Below are positions 40,134 to 53,600 of a DNA stretch of 64,000 nucleotides, piece by piece. Position 1 is the stretch's first letter. Each line of letters begins with the position of its first letter. The DNA is from Octopus vulgaris (taxonomy: Eukaryota): the NCBI GenBank assembly GCA_951406725.2, contig OX597819.1, forward strand, positions 99,882,001-99,946,000, written 5' to 3'. Under the pieces are notes generated by a model. That model did no database searches. It was not told where the DNA came from and saw only the letters and a program-made list of their open reading frames with translations. Position numbers and translations under genes: made by a program.

Positions 40134-40244
40134 CATACATACCTACATACATACATACATACATACATACATACATACATACATACATACATACATACAT
40201 ACATACATACATACAAGCATACATACATACGTGTGTGTGTGTGT

Positions 40245-40855
40245 GTTTTTACGAGTACAGGACGTCACCAGCTGTGTAAACAACATGAAATGTGAATACA
40301 AACCAGTTAAATACAAAACAAAAACGAGAGAAAAATAGAAAACTGGACAAGTAAACACAGGGAATGATTCTTCATCAGTTGTCGGCTGTCTATCTTCTAC
40401 TTATTTCGAGCATTCAATATGAGTCTTCAGAGACAGTTGCTACCACAAATTCTAAAATAGAATTCAGGAATTCTGGATGATCAAAGAAGGGAACAAAACA
40501 GGACAATGGAAACATACAAGGAAGCCGAACGAAATAAAAAATGGAGGGTCTTTAGAGCAGAACGAAAGGAAAATAGTGAACGCTGGGAGAATTATTTTCT
40601 GTGAAAAGAGAAAAGATAGAAGAGAGAGGAAGGAAACGTCCAATCCTTTGAAGGTCCGTGCAGGAAGAGAAAGATGGTCACGTGAGGAAAAGAAAGACGG
40701 ACGATGGTTGCGTGTGAGCAACGAGAAAGAGAGAGAAAGAGAAAGAGAAAGGGCGAGAGAGAGAGACAGGTAGAAAATGGTGAAAGTGCGAGGAGGAGAA
40801 AAAAGGGAATTAGAGATGGACGGAGGAAGAAAACAGTATTGAACAGTCACCTCAA
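40245..40855 (-). mobile_element. Penelope-like pLTR-type repeat between microsatellites
   Basis: Minus strand CTGTCT-CTGAAGA...GAAATAAGTA-GAAGATAG hammerhead-like core followed by a second CTGATGA. Bounded by (TG)n and (TA)n. Confidence 0.4.
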
Positions 40856-40899
40856 ATATATATATATATTATGTACATGGATACACTTATGCATTTATG

Positions 40900-40944
<45 letters not shown>

Positions 40945-41537
40945 GACTCATCACTGTTATTGCTGAAGTTGAGAAGAAACATACATTAAAGGAATTTCGT
41001 TTTATATGGGAATTTATAGCCTAAAATATAGCAATACAATTAGTTTAACCGAGTCAAGGTAATAAAAGAATTAGATTATTTTTACTTCCATCTCTCATCA
41101 TTAAATCCCTCATCCTTTCTGTCAATGATCAACATACTAAGCTTCCAACACTTGATTCTCTCTTATGAACAGTGCTATATTACATATTATAGACTTTAAT
41201 ATAATATACAACCCGAATGTGAGTCTCTTCGGAATTTGAATATATTTCTTCTCCGATTAAATGTTCATCATATACTATTGTGAAGTGCAATCTTCATTCG
41301 TTTGGTAATTATATGTACGGAAAACGGTTGTGACGTAAAAACATACACACAAATGTACTAAAAGCATACAGCAGAAAGTGAAATTTTGACACACATACAC
41401 AAACATTGGCGAAATATGCAGACGCTTTCACAAATTCACATATGTGAGTGACAAAATTTCTTTTGCAGTTTTGTATCAACAATGTCAAAGGTACAACATC
41501 TCTACCACCGTCACCACTCACAGTAATGACTATAGTA

Positions 41538-42063
41538 TTGGGTTGTCCGGAAAGTTCATGCCGATTTTTAAAGGAATCAACCAAATGTGAACCATTTTGT
41601 TGCACAATGCGTCCCCATCTTTCCTTTAACTTGAAAATATCCCCTTCCTAGAATTGAGGTGGTTTCATGGCAAACAATTCATCAAGGTATCTTTTTACGC
41701 CATCCAAGGAATTGAAATTTTTACCATTAAGACTATTCTGCAGAGACCTGAATAAGTGGAAATCCGAAGGAGCAATATCTGGTGAATATGTATGGTGGGG
41801 TAACACATCCCAGCCGAGCTGCAGCAATTTTTGTCTGGTTCCCAATGCATCAAGTGCCGAAAATGAACTTTCTTATCTTCCATTTTAAAGAGTTACAAAA
41901 TTAATACAAGTTATAGGAACATAAACCTTCTTCCACGAAGATAGCTTAAACTGTGCTCTAAATGGAGGTGTAGTCAAATCTTATTTTATGAACTCACCCA
42001 TGTTCTAAAATAAGTCGAAACATAAGCTACTATAAATCGGCACGAACATTCCGGACAACCCAA
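41538..42063 (-). mobile_element. Internally deleted mariner with both TIRs and TA TSD
   Basis: TA|TTGGGTTGTCCGGAAAGTTC ... GAACATTCCGGACAACCCAA|TA. N-terminal MEDKKVHFRHLM is fused to C-terminal WDVLPHHTYSPDIAPSDFHLFRSL. Confidence 0.93.
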
Positions 42064-42716
42064 TACAATAACAACAAGCACAACAAAAAATTGGAGCAAC
42101 AATAACGTATATTTCAGGTACAAAAGTAACTAATAATACTTGACGACATAGTCGTTCTAAGGGAGGCAACATAAGAGGAGACAACTCGCTTCATCTCTTT
42201 TGTTTTTTTTCCTTTTCGTTTTTGGTGTGTGTAAGACTGAGTGTGACTGGATGATTAAGTCGCTCACAAATAAGGATAAATTTGATAAATTTAACTTCGA
42301 ATATTAAATATTTATTCATCGTTTTGTTGATAGAAGAGATAACTTAATGGATATAATTTCTCTTCATGATGATGAGATAATTTCAAATTACGCGCCACTG
42401 ATGTAAGTAATGATACAGGTATCCACAATAGCATCCAACTTATATCTAACGTCATCTTTACCAAATTAGACATTGTAGAATGCTATCCATCCTTTTCTAA
42501 AAATCTTCCAATGAGAATTTCAAACTTCACAACAATTACATTAATAACCATAACTAAGAGATATTAATATGATATTGAAAGAAAAAAGAAAGAAAATTGT
42601 TACAGCCTGGCTGTACTTTCTGAGTAGTACGGAAAAGAACTGTGCGATGAATCAATAAATAGCTATTAATATCAGATCTAATCGACTTATATATGTATAT
42701 ATATATATATATACTA

Positions 42717-43098
42717 TGGAAGCACTCCGTCGGTTACGACGATGAGGGTTCCGGTTGATCCGATCAACGGAACAGCCTGCTCGTGAAATTAACGTGTAAG
42801 TGGCTGAGCACTCCACAGACACGTGTACCCTTAACGTAGTTCTCGGGGATATTCAGCGTGACACAGAGAGTGACAAGGCCGGCCCTTTGAAATACAGGTA
42901 CAACAGAAACAGGAAGTAAGAGTGAGAGAAAGTTGTGGTGAAAGAGTACAGCAGGGATCACCACCATCCCTGTCGGAACTTCGTGGAGCTTTAGGTGTTT
43001 TCGCTCAATAAACACTCACAACGCCCGGTCTGGGAATCGAAACCGCGATCCTACGATCGCGAGTCCGCTGCCCTAACCACTGGGCCATTGCGCCTCCA
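42717..43098 (-). mobile_element. SINE family C, variant 1
   Basis: Near-identical to 29410-29794; TSD-like TATATATATACTA flanks. Confidence 0.92.
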
Positions 43099-43386
43099 CA
43101 TATATATATACTACACAGAACGAAAAGCAATGAAATTCACCAATATAAAACTACAGTGTTCATGAAGTCGCCATGACTAGTCCGAGTGTGGACAGACCTA
43201 AAAGAATCCATGTTAAAAATACAAACCTGTAAATGGTAAATTTTCTAGATATAACATTAAATCACAACAGAGGGAAATACAACCTCTTTCGAAAACATAG
43301 TGAAGGAGCAATTTATGGAAATCGATCGCAAATATGAAGCATATTACAATTAACATTAATAGTTGTATATGAAATTTTTTATTAGA

Positions 43387-43795
43387 TACTCTTTTACTCT
43401 TTTACTTGTTTCAGTCATGTGACTGTGGCCATGCTGGAGCACCACCTTTAGTCGAACAAATCGATCCCAGGCCTTATTCTTTGTAAGCCTAGTACTTATT
43501 CGATCGGTTTCTTTTGCCGAACCGCTATGTTACGGGGATGTAAACACACCAACATCGGTTGTCAAGTGATGTTGGGGGGACAAACACAGACGTACAAACA
43601 TATACACACATACATATATCTATATTTACATATATACGACGGGCTTCTTTCAGTTTCCGTCTACCAAATCCACTCACAAGACTTTGGTCGGCCCGAGGCT
43701 ATAGTAGAAAACACTTGCCCAAGTTGCCACGAAGTGGGACTGAACCTGGAACCATGGGGTTCGTAAGCAAGCTACTTACCACACAGCCACTCCTC
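43387..43795 (-). mobile_element. SINE family A
   Basis: Full-length reverse-complement copy. Confidence 0.88.
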
Positions 43796-44309
43796 CAAAA
43801 ATGTACTCAACACAACGACAGAACCTCGTTTCATAACAATGTGAAGTGCATAGAACAGTCCACACCAAAGCAATGCAATACACGAAGACTTGGATATATG
43901 ATAGAAATCTTCTTACAGAATTAATATAAGTACAAATAAATCAAACCACTTTTTAACGTGAACAATCACACACGTCCCCATTTCACATAGATACCATAAA
44001 TCTCATAATAGAATATTTGTAAATTTCTGAAGTTACGTCCAAGCTGTATTGCGTGTTTATTACGTCTAAATTTTCGATTTAAGATTGGAAATTTGCTATC
44101 CCTTATTCTTTTCTACTATTGGCACATGCCCGATTTTTTGGGGAAGGGGCCCAGTCGATTAGATCGACCCCATTACGCATCTGCTACTTAATGTATCGAC
44201 CCCAAAAGGATAAAAGGCAAAGTCGACCCCGTGGAATTTGAAGTCAGAACGTAAAGACAAACGAAATGCTGCTAAGCATTTCGCCCGGCGAGCTAATGTT
44301 TCTGCTCTT

Positions 44310-44870
44310 CGTAAACTTTTCGCCGTTATGCTTGTGTACTGTAGTCTTGCGAATCCCCAATCTTTCTGGGAGAAATATTGCTGCAGCATGTGCTTGGACA
44401 TCCTTATGCCATCTCGCTACGTATCAACAGACATGACTTTACAGTTTACACCTGCAATGTACAACTGTGGCCTCATACTCCTAGAAGATACCATTTTGGA
44501 AATGGGTGGTCGTCCCTTGAACAACTACTGTGTCGAATCCACTTACAGAGAAAAAGAAGCGCTTTGTAACCGGCACTTACTAAGAGAGACATGCTTTGAC
44601 ACTGCCAGGCTTCTATCCTACGTTGAAGAAAGAAAAACACTTTTGAATCCTGAACTAGCTGTTGTTTATAATTCTATTTAGACAATGCTTGAAGACACCA
44701 CCAGTGATATCCTTTTCCTTGATGCACCAGGTGGCACATTGAGACATTTCTCCTCCACTTCCTTCTTGCCAAAGTTCGCCAAAGTGGAGAGATTTTTAAA
44801 TTCACAAGAACCATCGAGATTGCCACCGTATGAACTTGATTGTCCTATTATACTCTTGAGAAATTTGGAG
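44310..44870 (+). mobile_element. Helitron Rep/helicase (PIF1-like) pseudogene fragment
   Basis: KLFAVMLVYCSLANPQSFWEKY, LFLDAPGGT (Walker A start), FLNS..PSRLPP and PIILLRNL. Internally deleted. Confidence 0.85.
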
Positions 44871-45404
44871 CCACTTATTTTTGATTTAAAGTCTCAACTA
44901 TGTCAAATAAACCTTAGTTTTAAGCATAGACAGAAGCATAATTACACTATTTTAGACTCTTGTTCTATTACGAACTTACACCGTCTAGGGGACGGGGGGA
45001 TGGGGGGCGTTTCCTAGTCCATAATAGAAGAAACACTATTCAATCCGTACAAACTAAATGTAATTGAATAAATTTAACTGACCCTATCTGTAAGAGAAAA
45101 CTGTATGACGAAAGAATTAGTTTCTAGAGCCAACGTAACACCAGTAGATGGCAGGGAGACGAAACGATGCGTCAAAAGAAATTCTTTTAAAAGTTTACAT
45201 ATACACCATGCCCATTCGTTTAGTTATAGGGTAAGGACCGCTTCTGCTTCTTCTCTTCCTCCTCCTTCTTCTCTTCCTCCGCCTTCTCCTCCTCCTCCTC
45301 CTCCTCCTTCTTCTTCTTCTTCTTCTACAGTTCAGCCTCCTCTCCTCTGCTGGTCTTCTTTAGTCTCCTTCCTTTTCCTTCTTCTAAAGATATTCTGAAA
45401 TCTT

Positions 45405-45900
45405 CTCTATATATAAGAGGCAGTTTGTCTGTCTGTGTGTCTGTGTGTCTGTCAGGTTGTTCCCTCACCCTGACCACGGCTTTCAACCGATTCTGATGAA
45501 ACTTGACACACACATAGCCCAATGTCATAATTCAAAACTAACGCAGCGAAAATTTTGAAAACTCCCCCCAGTTCTGAAAAAAATCGATAAATTCAACATG
45601 GGTCGAGAATCTAAGCCTTTTATATGCAACACATTTTCTACAGACTGTCTAGGGGACGCAACTCGACCTTTTTAACTCTCGGAACACGTGGGGTAAGTAT
45701 CCCAAAATGTATAAAAATGTACAAAAACGGCAAAAAAGCGGGCAGCAATGTGAGTGACAACGAAAAAGTCAAAAGTGACCAAACTGAACAAACGAATGGA
45801 AAAGGTTTTTTTGGTGCACACGACAAAAGCGGTTTATAATAAACCAAGAGTTTGCAAGTAGCGTCCGAGGATCCTTAGGGCACATCAGAAATTTAAGGTA
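45405..45900 (+). mobile_element. Helitron 5'-end fragment
   Basis: TCTATATATAAGAGGCAGTTTGTCTGTCTGTG start, with the same architecture as the 5' end of the 22856-23470 element. Confidence 0.55.
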
Positions 45901-45954
45901 AAACGTTTGGGGTGGTAGTTATAAAGAAAGTGTAAACAAAAAAAGTATTCGAAT

Positions 45955-46154
45955 AACTTTCTTATCTTCCATTTTAAAGGGTTACAGAATTAACACAGGT
46001 TATAGGAACATAAACCTTCTTCCACGAAAAGATAGCTTAAAATGTGCTCTAAATGGAGGAGTAGTCAAATCCTATTTTATGGACTCAACCATGTTCTAAA
46101 ATAAGTCGAAACATAAGCTACTATTAATCGGCACGAACTTTCCGGACAACCCAA
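45955..46154 (-). mobile_element. Mariner 5' TIR and UTR fragment, same family as 41538-42063
   Basis: Ends TTCCGGACAACCCAA|TA and matches 41865-42063. Confidence 0.88.
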
Positions 46155-46242
46155 TAGTAATCTATATACTATTCAATTGAAAATTCAAAGAAGACATCTT
46201 ATGTGTATTCCAAAGTATAAACCAAATTATTATCTGAGCCAT

Positions 46243-46544
46243 GCTTGTTCCTTCTGAAGCCATGCCTGGCTTATAAGGGCCGGTTTCCCGGTTTCCTTGG
46301 CGTATAGGTTCCCCACCTGGACGGGACGCCGGTCCGTCGCAGGTGAGCTGCAAGATGCAGGAGGAAAGAGTGAGAGAAAGTGGTGTCGAACGAGTCAGCA
46401 GAAGTTCGCCATTACCATTTGCTGGAGCCGCGTGGAGCTTAGGTGTTTCGCTCATAAACACACACATCGCCCGGTCTGAGATTCGAACCCGCGATACCTC
46501 GACCGCGAGTCCGCTGCTCTAACCACTAGGCCATGTGCCTCCAC
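46243..46544 (-). mobile_element. SINE family C, variant 2
   Basis: 11-bp TSD ATCTGAGCCAT at 46232-46242 and 46545-46555. Same tail as 1911-2221. Confidence 0.92.
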
Positions 46545-46727
46545 ATCTGAGCCATAACATGCTAGAGGTTCATTGTTTGTCTTCCTTTGTCTGTTGTTAA
46601 ACTAAGATGTAAATCTCACAGTGGGTATAACAATGATGAATGAAAACAAGTTTCGATTATCTGAAGCTAAGGCTTGAAAGTAACAGACTATTCTGCGATT
46701 CCATAATATTTCACAAATTTCTTCGTG

Positions 46728-47050
46728 AGGGCGAATGGCTTAGTGACTAAGATATTCGGATCACGATCGTAATGTCGTAAGTTCGATAACCGGCGACGTG
46801 TTGTGTCCTCGAACTAAACACTTTATTTCACTTTGCTCTACCCCGCTCCACTCAGCTGGCAAAAATTAGTTGTACCTGTAATTCAAAGGGCCAATCTTGT
46901 CACATTCAGTGTCGCGATAAATCTCCCTGAGAACTACGTTAAGGGTACATGTGCCTGTCGAGTGCTCAATCACTTGCACGTTAATTTCACGATCACACTG
47001 TTTGATTGGTCGCATGAACTAGAACATTCTTCATCATAACCTATGGAGAG
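46728..47050 (+). mobile_element. Old SINE related to family C variant 1
   Basis: Shares the GAGAACTACGTTAAGGGTACA...GTTAATTTCACGA tail; head is divergent. Confidence 0.7.
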
Positions 47051-47074
47051 CCAGACCCCTAGTTTCTCAAATTA

Positions 47075-47231
47075 AAGTGGGTGTGTGGTAAGTAGCTTGC
47101 TTACCAAACCACATGGTTCCAGGTTCAGTCCTACTGCGTGGCACCTTCGGCAAGTGTCTTCTACTATAGCCTCGGACTGACCAAAGCCTTGTGAGTGGAT
47201 TTGGTAGACGGAAACTGAAAGAAGCCCGTCG

Positions 47232-47326
<95 letters not shown>

Positions 47327-47630
47327 GTATGTGTGTGTATATGTTTATGTGTCTGTGTTTGTCCCCCCCCCCCACCAACATCGCTGAAAGAAGGCCGTCA
47401 CATATATGTATATGTATATATGTGTGTGTGTGTTAGTCCCCCCCCCCAACATCGCTTGACAACTGATGCTGATGTGTTTACGTCCCCGTAACTTACCGGT
47501 TCGGCAAAAGAGACCGATAGAATAAGTACTAGGCTTACAAAGAATAAGTCCTGGGGCGATTTGCTCGACTAAAGGCAGCTTGCCAGCATGGCCACAGTCA
47601 AATGAATGAAACAAGTAAAAGGGTAAAAGA
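47075..47630 (+). mobile_element. SINE family A with internal duplication
   Basis: The GAAAGAAGCCCGTC-microsatellite-CCCCCCCAACATCGC module is present twice. Confidence 0.88.
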
Positions 47631-48267
47631 AAACTCTGATAAATCGCTGAACCGTCGAACTGAGTGGTAACTCATCCACTTTGTCACTTATACATCATTT
47701 CTCTAAGGGAGAATAGTAAATTAAACAGAAGTTATATTGAAGTTGGCTGATGCAGCTTTCTAAATAGATCTGGGTGTTCTCTCTTGCAGAAGAAAGCGAT
47801 GGAGTAGATAGGAATGCCATTGAAACCAGCTCATGCTCACTATGCTCGATAAGAGATCGCCGGTGGGGGAACCCTTCCGCAGGTGAAGGTAAATTAGGTC
47901 GTCGCTGCCCCACTCAGTCTATGAGTTCAAGCTACGGGGCGAAACACTTGCGACCCTGTAATAAATGATGATATGAGAAATTTCCGAAATTGAAAAGAAC
48001 TTGCAAAATCCCTACGGAGCTCCTGCAGTTTCAGCGCGAAGCAAAGCAAATCCGATGATTATTTCACCTTTTACCCATATACCAAAACGAACCATACGGT
48101 GATGTTTGTCTTACATGTAATTTTAACTGATAGAGATTACGCATGCAATTAGAAGATAAAAAATCCCTTCCAGATGTGACTAATTCTTAAAGCAAAAATA
48201 CATTAACATCATGTAACTGCATATATAGATTTACATACATATATGCACACACACACATACACACACG

Positions 48268-48305
<38 letters not shown>

Positions 48306-48309
48306 GTAA

Positions 48310-48495
48310 GAATTCACAAAAAAAAAGAAACAAAAGACGATGACATGTGGTGTAGACAACAGGGTGTATAACACTCGGGAAGTGAAAAAGTCTTTAACGT
48401 TTCGAGCCTACGACGCTCTTACACAGAACGGAACATAGAAAGAAACAATGAGAGAAAATAAAGAATGTGTAATGGCTAGCGATCTATCATGGCGA
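48310..48495 (-). mobile_element. Single copy of the Penelope-like arm seen at 1150-1536
   Basis: CAAAAGACGA...CGTTTCGAGCCTACG...CATGGCG, directly after (TA)n. Confidence 0.65.
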
Positions 48496-48730
48496 TGGCT
48501 ACAAATTAATTTATTAATTAATCAACACATTCACCAACAGTTGTTCATTAATTAATAAATTAATTTGTATCATTTTGATCTCTCTACGTTCTAACTCCAT
48601 ACAAATGTTTGATATCTTATGATATTCTATATAATATATTCATTGAAGAATTATATCTTTAACATTTGATACATTAATCCTGTATATTTTGGGAAAATGT
48701 CTCTCTAAGAGGTTTGAATAGCCTCAATGG

Positions 48731-48775
<45 letters not shown>

Positions 48776-49756
48776 CGTTGAGTTCAAATTCCGCCGAGGT
48801 CGGCTTTGCCTTTCATCCTTTCGGGGTCGATTAAATGAGTACCACTTTCGAACTGGAGTCGATGTAAACGACTTAATCCCTTTGTCAGTCCTTGTTTGTC
48901 CCTTCTATGTTTAGCCTCCTGTGGACAATAAAGAAATAAATAATTCTTCAACCCAATATACACAACGGCACACGATCAACACACAATGAAGAAGAGCAGA
49001 ATAAAAGTTGAAAGACGAATTGCGAGGAGGACGGGGAAATAAAAATAATTCATCAACGTCTTTTTTGTTTGTGACAAAAGTTCACTCTATGTATATTCTA
49101 TGGACAGTGTGCCTTTCAACCTGTTTTCATTTATCGTCTTCCAGTCGTTAGACTACGGCCATGCCGGAGGACCACATTGAAGGGTTTAGTCGAACGATTC
49201 GACCCCAGTATTTCTTTTTCTAAGCCTAGTACTCATTCTATCATTCCAAATTTCGGAAACGTAAACAAATTAAACAAATCAATACTAGTTGTCAAGCGGT
49301 GGGAGGGGAACGAACACAAAACAATCACATAAGCATGTGTGTATGTGTGTGCATCACTTTTATATTAATAACTATGGAAGACTGGTGGGAATATTATCTG
49401 CATGTACTTCAAGGGCTAGGTTGTTATTTTTTTAGATAATTTAGGAGTTAGTTATAGGTTTACTTATTGAAATTACCGATACTGATTTTGTAAATAGGTT
49501 AAATGTGTTTCTTTGTCGTAACTTAATGAATAGTATTAGTATTTAATCCTTTCCTAGAATTAAGATTGAATTAATGTGGTGATATATATGCTATGTGATG
49601 CTGAGATCACCGGATTGAATGGTACTTCCCAGGTGTCGAAACCATAGTGATATCCGTGGGGCAGCTGATGATGGAGGTATATTCGATTGTTGGTATGGCT
49701 GTTTTTGTTTGTCTGGAATGGTTTTATAAGAAATCTATTTGATATATATTTATATA

Positions 49757-49792
<36 letters not shown>

Positions 49793-49869
49793 TGTATGTA
49801 TGTATGTATGTATGTGTATATATATACGCGCGCACACACGCACACATACACACACACGCACACACATAT

Positions 49870-50283
49870 TCTATCATTCTTTCACTTGTTTAAGTCATTT
49901 GACTGCGGTCATGATGGAGCACCGCCTTTAGTCGAACAAATCAACCTCAGGATTTATTTTTTATAAGCCTAGTTCTTATTCTATCGGTCACTTTTGCTGT
50001 ACCGATAAGTTAAGGGGACGTAAACACACCAATATCCGTTGTCAAGCGATGGTGGTGGGGGGGACAAATACAGACACACAAATACATGTGTGTGTGTACA
50101 TATGTATATATATATATATATATATTCACGACAGGTTTCTTTCAGTTTCAGTTTACCAAATCCACTCATAAGGCTTTGGTTGGCGCAAGGCTATAATAGA
50201 ATACACTTGCCCAAGATATCATGTAGTGGGACTGAACTTGGAATCATGTGGTTGGGAAACAAGCCCCTTACTATACACCCATA
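49870..50283 (-). mobile_element. SINE family A (older copy)
   Basis: Diverged reverse-complement copy. Confidence 0.8.
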
Positions 50284-53200
50284 CTGATACACACACACGC
50301 ACACACTACAGGCTTTCAGTTTCCCCCTACCAAATCCTCTTAAAAGGTTTTAGTTAGGTCGGACCTATATTGTTGGGAAGCAGACTTCTTACCACGCAGC
50401 ACGCCTACGCAAAATATTCTAAATGTTGACAAATTAACAGCTGCAAAAAGCGACCGGTTAGATGAATGGTCAGTTCATGACAGCAAGAAGTCTTGATGGT
50501 GATTTGTGAAAAGGTGAGAGAGAAAGAGTAAACGGTAAGTCGAAAGAATGCGGGAGAGAAAGTGACAGAAGGAAAGGGTATCACAGAGGTAGGAATAGGG
50601 ATATAGTCATCACGGGGGATAAATGAATAAATAGGTAGACAGCTAGACACAAAGATGTAAAGATGATTGAGAAAGACTCGGCGATAGAAAAATGGATTCA
50701 AACAGTGAAAGAAAGAGAAAACGACAGACGGCTAAGTAGAGAAAAAAACCAGAAAGATAAGGGTGTACACAAAACGTGTTAGAAAGATTGCTAAAGTGAA
50801 ACGCAAATAGAGGCACCATGAGAAATTTAGGTAGATAGCTAAACAAAAAGATAGAAAAGTCGGTAAATTTAGAAAACCTAAAGTAAATAAAGAAAGCCAC
50901 AATATGAATAGGCGGATCGAGAAAAAACAACAGGGCTGAGGTAGATAGATAAAGCGATAAAAAGTAACGCAGGAAGAGAAACTTAGAAAGATAGAGAAAA
51001 GGCAAAGAAATTAGCCATCTAGAGAGAATATGTATCATTGAAGAATAAGGCCTAAAAATATTCGCTGCTCTCAGCTGTTGGCTTAAAGAACATACAATCT
51101 TTTAACTGATTTTGCTAAAGATTACAAATAAAATTATTTCATTTATGTTTCCTTCTCTTAAGGTCTTAAACCAGTCTCCAATAAGGTGGTATCTTGGAGA
51201 TCAGAAACAAAATTTGTTTGCAAACTTCACGAGGAAACTTAGAAAGCAAACTTTGTAAACGTTGGGTACATTGAGTTTGTAGCGGCAGTTATTTTAAGGG
51301 AGATAATCACTACTAGATAAATCTTAAAACATGGCGGAATAAGTTTAAATATTATATTTAAGAGTAACAAAGAAGACGCACAAAATATATATTTTTTTTG
51401 TTTTCTCGTTACAAAAATTCTGTTTAGAAGAAAAATATAGAACCCTATTGCTTGCCTTGTTTCATTAATTATTTTGTGTGTAACGAAATTATGTACAACA
51501 GGGAATTTATGATACTGAAGAATTAGTTGGATTTCCTTTAGTCCTAAATTTTACATTTGAAAATCCACGACACATAGTTTAACATCGATTGAAATCCACT
51601 ACACTGAGATATCTGGCTCTGCATTAGAAACAAAGTTACAGCTAGATTTTCTCTCGCTTGAATGAAATATCACATAACTCAAAAGAAGTTTATCTAGATT
51701 ATCTACAACTTCATAATGTGACATAATGTAGCAAGAACACTGAAAACACTCTGTATACCGCCTGTCTAAAATGTAAACAAATGTAATTTATTCTTTATTT
51801 ATAGTCTATATGTCTTCTTACTAATGAAAGAAAATTCCGTTCGGTATGGCTCAGCTGCTACATTTTGTAAAATAACGGTGAAGGTGGATATTATTATTGT
51901 TGGATTTGTATGAATTACAAAAATACTTAGCGGCTTTTTAGTTTCAGTGTTTTAGTTACGTTCTGAGTTCAAATCTCTCCGAGATACACTTTGTCTTTCC
52001 TCCACATGGAGTCGGTAAAACAATATCAGAATAGCACTGTGGTCAATAGTATCGAATAATCTTCTCCTTTTAAAATTGCTAGTCTTATGCCTAATCCAGA
52101 AACATTTAGAAATATTTATTGTTTGATTAGTAAGAACGGTGAATTAACTGAATCGTTAAAATGTTAGACAAAATTTCTTACAGTATTTTAACTTTGGCAT
52201 TTTTTTGTTCAGATCTCAATGAAATCGACTTAGTAATTTATTCTGTTCGTGTCGGCGAAATATACTGCCAGTCAGCTATAAGAGTCGATATAATCGACTA
52301 TTCCTTGTCTCTAAATTGTTAAGACTTGTAGTTACGTTATAAATAATCATGGTTAGGTTGACATTGTAGCTATTGTTGGTGATTCTATTGGAAGACCTAA
52401 GGAACAGTAAAAAAAAAATATCTGTAGATTTTCAATTTCGTACATGAGATGCATCAAAAATCAAAATGTTGTCTATTCTGGGGTTCCTTTTATGTCTTTG
52501 TCAGGAGTCAGTAACTAAGGCAATGGTCTGAGTAGCGCCTTTGATCTCGGTGAGATTGATGCTATTGTTGTTCTTTTTGAACGATTACAGAATAAATATG
52601 ACAGGGATGTGTAATGGTTAGTGCTGAACGAAGAAGACAACATAGAACAGCACACAAAATAGAACATAAGATAACTGGGAAGCCTTGAGTGCAAAGAGAA
52701 GAGACAACTTTAATAGCGGTGTCAAACAGGACACGTTGGCTGACAAGACGGTGGAGTATAAAGAAAATGTCTTCATATCGATCAGTCGAATGGAATTTTT
52801 ATGAGTATGATTTAGGACGTCTGCGTGTAAAGTTTAAGCACCACCCAAGACATGGATGCAGTATTATAAGAAACGTTGAGGACATGACGAAATTGAGTTT
52901 CACCAATGTCAGTTTCGATTTCTGAACGATTATCAATGTTGATTTTAATCCCTTCATCAAACTATAAATATTTACACTGAATAAATTGTATTAGAGTCCA
53001 ATCAGACCTGACACGTCCTTCACTTAATAATGCTGTAGAATTAACCTACAGTAGTATGTACACCCATGAGGCAAGTACTATAGGATAAGTTTGTTTAATA
53101 GCCACACAGGGCCAGGATAATGCAGCGAGAATAAGCTATGATCTACCTTTAATTACTAGCTAAAATCGCTCCACGTCCCTTGGACCAGCCATGTGTCGAA

Positions 53201-53600
53201 AGGGGCTTCATATATTTAATCAAGACTTCAAAATTGAATACATTGAAGCGATGTTTCAAATTGTTATGATTCAGACGACGCAATATTGTGTCAAGTTTCA
53301 GGCAGCTGGCTGGCAGAATCGTGAGCACGCCCAGCAACGTGCTTAGTGGAGTTTCGTCCCCTTTACGTTCTGAGTTCAAATGTCATCGGGGTCGACTTTG
53401 CTCTTCGTCATTTCGGAGTTGATAAAATAAGTACCTTTTGAGCACCAGGTCGATGTAATCGACCTTTCGCTACACCCGAAATTGCTGGCCTTGTGTCAAT
53501 ATTACAAACCAGTTTTGAGTCAAATGACGTAGTTTACATCATCAATGGATTACTGGAGGGGAGTGGTTTGGCAGAATCGATAGGGTTCCTTAAGGTATTT

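Noticed and set aside
47790-47890. Possible + strand exon (tctcttgcAG ... GTAAAT)
   Set aside because: Splice-like signals only; the peptide is unrecognisable and there are no partner exons.
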